The notes below the pieces were generated by a model. It did not search any database. It worked only from the letters and a program-made list of their open reading frames with translations, and was not told the origin of the DNA. 64,000 nucleotides of DNA from contig JBBPEE010000035.1 in NCBI GenBank assembly GCA_039096935.1, forward strand, positions 372,001-436,000, read 5' to 3'. Position numbers and translations under genes: made by a program. Positions 57,363 through 64,000 of the stretch are shown in pieces (positions within the stretch are counted from its first letter, which is position 1; the number at the start of each line of letters is the position of its first letter). This DNA comes from Blastocystis sp. ATCC 50177/Nand II. Lineage: Eukaryota.

Positions 57363-58796
57363 ATGAGTGGCGGATTTAAACATGTTCGCAACTATCTCAG
57401 TAACATAATCAACATCGTGCTACTGTGGATACTACAGTACATTTGGACCTTGCCCGGGTTTGTCGTGGTGATTAGCTACTTATATTCAAACCAGTCCATC
57501 CGACATGTAGCCCGTTATTTTCAAGTACCTAACTTGGTAGATCGCTGATCACGTGATGAAGTGGTTTAACCGCAAGATTGAGGATTACGTGTACCTGATT
57601 GATGACGAGAAAAGAGTTGCTCTCATTATCGGTGCCGATAACGCCGTGGGGTACTGTCTCGCCAAGAAGCTCGTCCGTAAGAACTACCATGTGCTCATGG
57701 GAGTGAAGTCGATCAAGGTGGGACTTCGGTACGGTTTTACTGCGGAGTTCTTACAAATAGGATGAAACGCAAGATCGTGACCAACTACCCCTTCTGTCAT
57801 GTGACGGTGCTGTCCGTGGATATGGGCAACCCTATGAGCGTCTTCTACTTCGCCAAGCGTATTCGCCACATTTATCGCCGTGTCGATGTTCTCTACCTGA
57901 ACAACAGCGTTGTCAACATCGAGTCCATGGACTGGAACGTGATGTACGAGGCGCTTCGCTCGAAGTCGATCGACTGTCTCTTCACCACGGGAAGGTCGTG
58001 CTCGCTCCGCCCATTCACTTCTAGAGCGTCGGAGCACGGAAAGTATATGATTACGCCGGTGAACCTCGGTACGAACGATTGCGGGTTTGGCATCGAGTTC
58101 TGCCAGCAAGTCCTCTCTCCCTTCATTCTGGTGGGTGTCCTAAACCCTCCTAACGCAAAGATTCAAGAATTGCGAGTGCTTCTCAGCAATGCGAACATGC
58201 CGGGTCGTGTTGTGTGGAGCGGCTCCTCCACCTGCAGCCGCGACGCCTTCAACTGGAGCGACCCGCAGCACCTCCACGGCCACCTCTCCTTCTACTCCCA
58301 CAAGTGGCTGACCCACCTGCTCCAGCCGGCGCTGAACGAGGCGCTTCGCGACACGGGCGTGCAGAGCTTCGAGGCGTGTCCGGGCCTGGTGCTGACCGGC
58401 ACGTCCCCGCGGTTCTTCCGCCGCATGTCGTGGCTGATTTATATTCTGGGGTAGGCGTGTGAGGCGCGTGTGAGCTGCAGATTCTTCTTCCCGACCATTC
58501 AGCTGTGGCCGGCGACGGGCGCGAGGACACTTCTTCACATCGGCACACACCGCAAGGAGTACAAGGACCTGAACCCGAACCACCTGTACTACATGCAGTG
58601 GAGACTGCAGGGCCTGGTGCAGAGCCCCTTCGTGGAGGACGTGCACCTGGCGGAGAGTCGCTTCGCGTACAACTGGTTGTTTAGCCTGTATAGGAAGTTG
58701 AAGAACTCGAGTATTCTGCTGGGCGACATGTCGAAGTCGGTGATGGCGTTGCAGGATACAAATATGGCTCCGAGAATGAGAGCGAACAGTCTCTAG
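57363..58796 (+). CDS. SDR, 3-keto-steroid reductase (HSD17B7/ERG27)-like, with N-terminal TM
   Basis: VALIIGADNAVG, VDVLYLN, VVWSGSS, FNWSDPQH, CPGLVLT. Confidence 0.65.
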
Positions 58797-58956
58797 TGCT
58801 TGTATCATGTTCTTCTTGCTTTTGTTGGAAATGTGTCGGTTTATCAGTTCCTCCATGCATTGACACTTCTGTCTTGAACAGATACTTGTAAGATGACACA
58901 CCCTATAGTGAAGGCAGTACCACTTCCACAAAACAAGCCTCTTCAACAAACAGGCC

Positions 58957-60867
58957 AGTACACACTCGGTCGCTGAGGCAAGCACAGGCTGTAGAACACG
59001 TTGTCCTTGAAGACGTCCTTCAGCGACCGCCACTCGCAGCACATCGCCCGATACCCCTCCATCTGCTTCTTCTCCCGCAGGAGACCCTCCACATCATCGT
59101 CTCCCACATAATGCGGATCCTACGCCTCACCCCACTCCACCTCCTCCACCAGAATCAGCAGATTGCACTGGCCCGTCTTCTCATTCCAGTCTACCCCCAG
59201 ACACGTCAGTGCCAGCACGCCACCGCCAATCATCACGGGCGTGCCCTGCAACACGAAGTGCTCCTTCAGCTTCTGAAGGTGGTTTCGGATCTCCTTCCCC
59301 TTGTCCAGAATGATGTATTTCGATTCCACGTCCAGCAGGTACCCCAACACATACCCCACCTCGTGACTCCCGATCCAATCACGGGAATGCACGAACGCGG
59401 GCGGCTTGTCGCTCATCGCCACCAACATTTCTTGAATCTACGTGAAAGGCAGAAATCGGGACTACTTCTGGAATCGTGGGGATCCTCATTTCATAGTAGT
59501 GGTTCAACACGAAGAAGGAAATCAGCGTTTGAAGCGAGCGATATGCACAGCCCCAGCCCTTGTCGTGCGTGCCCTGCTGTTCGTAGTGATAGTAAAGGTA
59601 GTGGCCCTTCACACACACCACACCCTCGCGCTGCGGCATGCGCTCGTGCAGACTCTCGACCACTCTGCCCTCACAGCATCCTGCCCACACCTACGATGCT
59701 TGGCCGGTGATGCGATCCCATGTCGCCGAGTCCGTTTCTATGCCTCACCAACCAAGTCAACACACACCAGCAAACAGGTGGTTCGAGATGCGAAAAACGG
59801 GACGATTCTGGGGAATCCCGAAGCAGTCGAGATAATGCCTCCGCCATGCCTTGTACTCCGATTCCTGCTTCCAAAGCTGGCGGAATGCACTCAGCTCGGA
59901 GTATTCCCATTGTATGGCTTCTTTCTGGGATGTGTAGAATAGAGTGACTGGCAGAAACGGCTCCACTGCAAAATGAAACGCCTCGGGAGTTTCGTTGTTC
60001 GTTGGGAGAAGGAAGGGGAGCTGTCTTTTCATTTCTAGATGGAAGGATGTCAGAAAGCATACCGATTTTGAGGAGTGGAAGAAGGGAAGAAGAAGGGAGG
60101 GAATTCTCCACAAAGAGAAGCACATCAAAGGGAATGCAGATGTCTATTGGTTATGCGTATGAGCGAAGAGTACAGTCTCTCTGGTCGCTCTTGGAAACAG
60201 CACCGGCTGGCTGGAATTGAGAGACGACATCACATGCTTCGAGACACAACAGAGGTCGCATCCATCTCTGTTTGTTCAGGTAATAGGGCGTTGCAGGTGC
60301 TGTTTTCACTTCCTGCAGCTCCGAAAGCGGCGTGGCTGTAGATGCGTCAATCACGCATCCTCCGCCAAGGACCATCTGCTCCTTGTCAAGGGCATCCAAA
60401 ATGAGCTGCTGTCGTTCCTCCTCCGAAGCAGAAGTGGGAACACTCAGTTGAAGGGGATAGTACACGCGAATCCAGGTGAACTTCTCAAATTTGGATGGAA
60501 TCGCCGAGGGGTTGTGGCATTCGATCGGAGATCCGTCAGAACAAGCGACATCGACACAACCCCTAGGATTGAAGAGAAAAGAGATGTGAAACCGGAATCG
60601 GTTGTAGGTGCCGACAAGAATAGGCCCCGAAGCGAGCGATGATATGGCCTCAAACAGCCGTTCGTTCGTTTGGGAGGCTACGTAGCCGAGAATGGAATAG
60701 CCATAGGGGAGAAACGCCATTGTTTTGTCTACACATGCGGGACTATAGCTCATGTTCTCATCAAGCAACAACATATCCTCCATCACCTTTGCACACCCGA
60801 ATATGTAAAAACTGCTTTCATTTCGGAATCCGAGCAAAAGCAGCAGATCTATCGATTCACTTCGCAT
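58957..60867 (-). CDS. UFSP2: UFM1-specific protease 2
   Basis: YYHY, DKGWGCAYRSLQT, WIGSHEV, PVMIGGG, LILDPHY, FYSLCLPQRP; stop probably T+poly(A). Confidence 0.9.
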
Positions 60868-61028
60868 TCTCCGCTTTCAACCCTCTGTATTTGCGGCGAT
60901 GCGCGATTCGATGGATCTGATAGGGACGTTCCAGTAGCAGGACACCATTTTCGTCCTCAATTGCCGCTCGAAAGGGATTGCCAAAAAAGGGAATCCTTTT
61001 GGAACGGGCCTCATTTTGCGTATTGAAG

Positions 61029-62323
61029 ATGGAGAGCAGTGCCGTGGGGGATATGAAGGACCGTCTTAAGCAATACTTGGAGTATGCGGAAGTAGGAGTG
61101 TGAATGTGGGCTCATTCGCAGATGGTGGAATCCAAGTTGACTCTCGTGATGAAGGAATCGAAATTGGCGGAGGAGGACTTGGTTCTGAAGGACGAAGAGG
61201 ACTATGTGCAGTGCCCCTTCGATTCGTCCCATCGAGTGTACAAAGCAACGTATGATGACCACATGGTGATTCCCGTAGGGATGATGTGAAGAGTAGTGGC
61301 ATGTTCATCACTACGACAAACGGATGGAGCAGCCGCACGATATTGATTTCTTCTACCAAAGCGCTCCCAATCTCCGACATATCCATGTCGAATCCGAGGT
61401 ACAACCGTCTGGTGGGATGGAGGGCGATTCGCTGACGGCTAGAACAGAATATAGTGACAGAGAAGGAGGAGGTTGACTACGAGCGGCTCCCCATTGTGGA
61501 TACGACCGTAGTTGCTGCATTTCCGCGTGACCACGTAGAGTCTGGTTCCAATTGACTTCTTTTCGCGAATGGACCCGTCCGAAATGGAGACGACTGTGAA
61601 CACGATGAAGCAATTGCCGCTCACCTTTTTGAATGTGCAACTGCCGCTGATACCCATTGCCAAGCTGGATTCGCACCTCTCCATCCTCTTCGGCAAGCTG
61701 TCCATTCTGTATGATCAGGATCTCATCAACATGGTCATCGCGCTGCTGCTGAACAAGCCTACAAGCCACCCGGATGTGATGACGAAGGAACTGAAGCCCT
61801 TTTTGGGATCGCAAACACGAGTAGCTCTTTCTGTGTGGGTGCAAGCTAGAACCTTGTTCTCGGCCTGTGGAAGTTTTTGGCGAAGACGGAGATAAAGCGG
61901 ATTCGCGAGGGAGTTGGCTAGGGGGGATGCATTGATGCGTAGCTGATTCGCATGGACGATCCTAACGTATTGACGAAGCGTGTTCCAAGCAAGTCAGAGT
62001 CGATTCCGACGATAAAATGGGAGCTAACGGACACGGCTGATTTCAAAATGGGTTTGGGTCGTCATAAGGAGTCATAAGCAGAACGAAAGGATGCGAAGAA
62101 CTCTGGGCCGGTCATCGATTACAAGCGACGACGGCAGAGCTATCGGGCGAAGATGACGCATCTGACGAAGAGAACCACAATCCAGGAACATCGTGATATC
62201 ATCAACATGAGGATGCTCATGCTCGCAGAAGAGAAGGGCTACAAACTCGAGGGAGAGATTGATCGCGTGACAACCAAAACAACGCCAAAGGACATCGAGG
62301 ATGAGCTGCGGAGGAAGAGGTAG
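61029..62323 (+). CDS. SNRNP48: U11/U12 snRNP 48 kDa protein-like (minor spliceosome), with a central PWI-like segment
   Basis: YVQCPFDSSHRV...H zinc-finger region; last exon (not in the ORF track) reads DYKRRRQSYRAKMTHLTKRTTIQEHRDIIN, matching the conserved SNRNP48 C-terminal motif. Confidence 0.8.
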
Positions 62324-62675
62324 TTTTACACTCACGGACTCACGAATAGGATCACTCCCAAGGAATTACAGTTTAGGAACCCATTGGACGCGCGTAACCA
62401 TGTGAGAAGGCGCATGGCCAAGTAGCTCCAGCTCGCTCTGGTGTTGGATATCGTAATTTGGGTTATTGTTTCTTCAACCATGCGCTTCATTCCGACACAT
62501 GGGAACATATCAAAATCCCCGTTTTTGTCGACTCCTTTTGTAACGTGCAGCAATTATTCTCTTCAACCTGTAAATCAGTTGTTGTCTCTGTACGTGTTTG
62601 AGTGAGGTGGATGTTGAGCGTTGCTTTCTCGTGTCAGCGGTGAAGTTGACAGCCTCGCTAATCCCTTTGTAGAAA

Positions 62676-63269
62676 ATGCTCATTCCGCCTACCTTTCTTG
62701 AAATTAAGGGAATGAGATTCCTTATCACTGGAGTTTGGGGCCCGGCGTTTGTGTTCCCTGTAGATGCCCCGTGACTTCGAGCTTAGCGAGTTTGAGAGAC
62801 TGTACCGCCAGTACAACGTCACTGATGTCGTCAGAACCTGCGAAGAGTGTCAGTATACTGATGAGTTTTTGAAGAGTCTGAATATCGAGGGACACGTGAC
62901 CTTCTTAGGTGAAATCCTCATCGCTAGGTGTTTGTGTTCGCCGATGGTAGCCTGCCTCCCGCCGAAGTCGTTCAGCAGTTTATGGATTTGTGTGAAAGCC
63001 GTTTTGGTCCTGAAGCAACGAATCCAAAGGCAACCATTTCCGTGGTGATGCGAGCTGCGTTTGAGGGCTAGATTCATTGCAAGGCAGGTCTTGGTAGAGC
63101 GCCCACGCTGGTCACCATCGCTCTGATCGAGCACGGAATGAACAACTTGGAGGCGATTCAGACGGTGAAGAAGTACAGAAACGAGGCCTTCAATCAGAAG
63201 CAACTCATGGCTCTCTCTCAGTATGTTCCTCTTAGCAAGGAGAAGAAGGGCTGCTGTGTCATCGCATAG
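62676..63269 (+). CDS. PTP4A: PRL/PTP4A prenylated protein tyrosine phosphatase
   Basis: GMRFLIT, VVRTCE, IHCKAGLGRAP, AFNQKQL, C-terminal CCVIA (CaaX). Confidence 0.88.
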
Positions 63270-63351
63270 ATTGTGGCCATTCGTAGTATTGCCTCTTTGT
63301 TCTGAATCGCAACAAACACGCCAAGTTGTGCCTTTCCACGGAATCTAGTGC

Positions 63352-64000
63352 TTAGAGACGGCCTCCGTTTCCAGCGAGAGGCGCGACGGGCTCCTCGACC
63401 TTGGCGCCCTCCTCCTCCTTCTTCACCACCTCCGTGTGCTGCTCCATCAGCTTCGCCAGCTCCACCTTGGGGGCCTTCAGCATCTTCACCTTGCGGATCA
63501 TGGTGTTCTCGATGGGGTAGATGCGAGTGCACTCCTTCTGGATTCTGGCACCGATCAGCTCAGCGCAGAACTTGTTCACCAGGGAAGCCAGGTCCGACTT
63601 GGACACCTCCTCCGTGATAATCTCCACCATCTTCGCGCGGATGGCGTGGATCTGAGAGGACTGCGCGTAGCACGTCTTCTTGTTCTGGTTCTCCTGCTTG
63701 CGGGTGAACGCGATGCAGAACACGCGCAGCTTGTAGCCATCCGTCGTCGTCACCTCCACGTTCGCCTCGATCAGCGTCTTCCACTTCTTGATCATCGAGC
63801 ACAGCTTGTCGCGGGTGATGTCCATGCCGTAGAACAGGGTGATGCACTTGTCGCCCTGCACGTCCTCCACGCGCAGCTTCATCTTGCGGAAGCCCTGATC
63901 CTCGTTCTTGTTCAGGTCACCCAGGTTGGCCTCGAAGACGCGGCCCTTCAGGCTGTCGGAAGCGATTCTCAGACCAGCAGTGCGGTTCACCAGCGTCTTG
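63352..64000 (-). CDS. RPS3A: 40S ribosomal protein S3a (eS1), 5' partial
   Basis: [54 protein letters not shown]. Confidence 0.97.
   Translation of the reverse strand, partial: KTLVNRTAGLRIASDSLKGRVFEANLGDLNKNEDQGFRKMKLRVEDVQGDKCITLFYGMDITRDKLCSMIKKWKTLIEANVEVTTTDGYKLRVFCIAFTRKQENQNKKTCYAQSSQIHAIRAKMVEIITEEVSKSDLASLVNKFCAELIGARIQKECTRIYPIENTMIRKVKMLKAPKVELAKLMEQHTEVVKKEEEGAKVEEPVAPLAGNGGRL

Noticed and set aside
62072..62335. Minus-strand 87-aa ORF
   Set aside because: Antisense to the conserved SNRNP48 last exon

Overview
Gene-dense eukaryotic DNA with many ~30-nt GT-AG introns and a recurrent TGTTTGTT motif at gene 3' ends, which points to the gut stramenopile Blastocystis (inferred from gene structure; subtype not determinable). 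Most of the window is housekeeping: MIOS, UTP4, two glycosyltransferases, ADAL, a kinase, G6PD, CASP, two PRP43 paralogues, PDS5, CTP synthase, p24, SWR1, ACBP, a SETD9-like protein, RPL6, MVD, a GRIP golgin, TopBP1-like, an HSD17B7-like SDR, UFSP2, SNRNP48, PRL phosphatase and RPS3A. Main observations: (1) an apparently intact 3,499-bp DNA transposon (25072-28570) encoding a HARBI1-type DDE transposase and a convergent Myb/SANT-like partner. It has 22-bp TIRs and is flanked by an 8-bp (or 6-bp) target duplication instead of the 3-bp TAA/TTA typical of PIF/Harbinger. It sits inside an exon of an AT-rich pseudokinase-MORN-LRR gene. (2) Two independent tRNA gene pairs (Asn, Cys) lie in near-perfect 130-141 bp inverted repeats that could bound invertible segments. 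(3) At least six genes probably get their stop codon from polyadenylation. (4) The PRP43 paralogues show patchwork gene conversion. Gene coordinates are manual outer bounds of spliced genes and are approximate.
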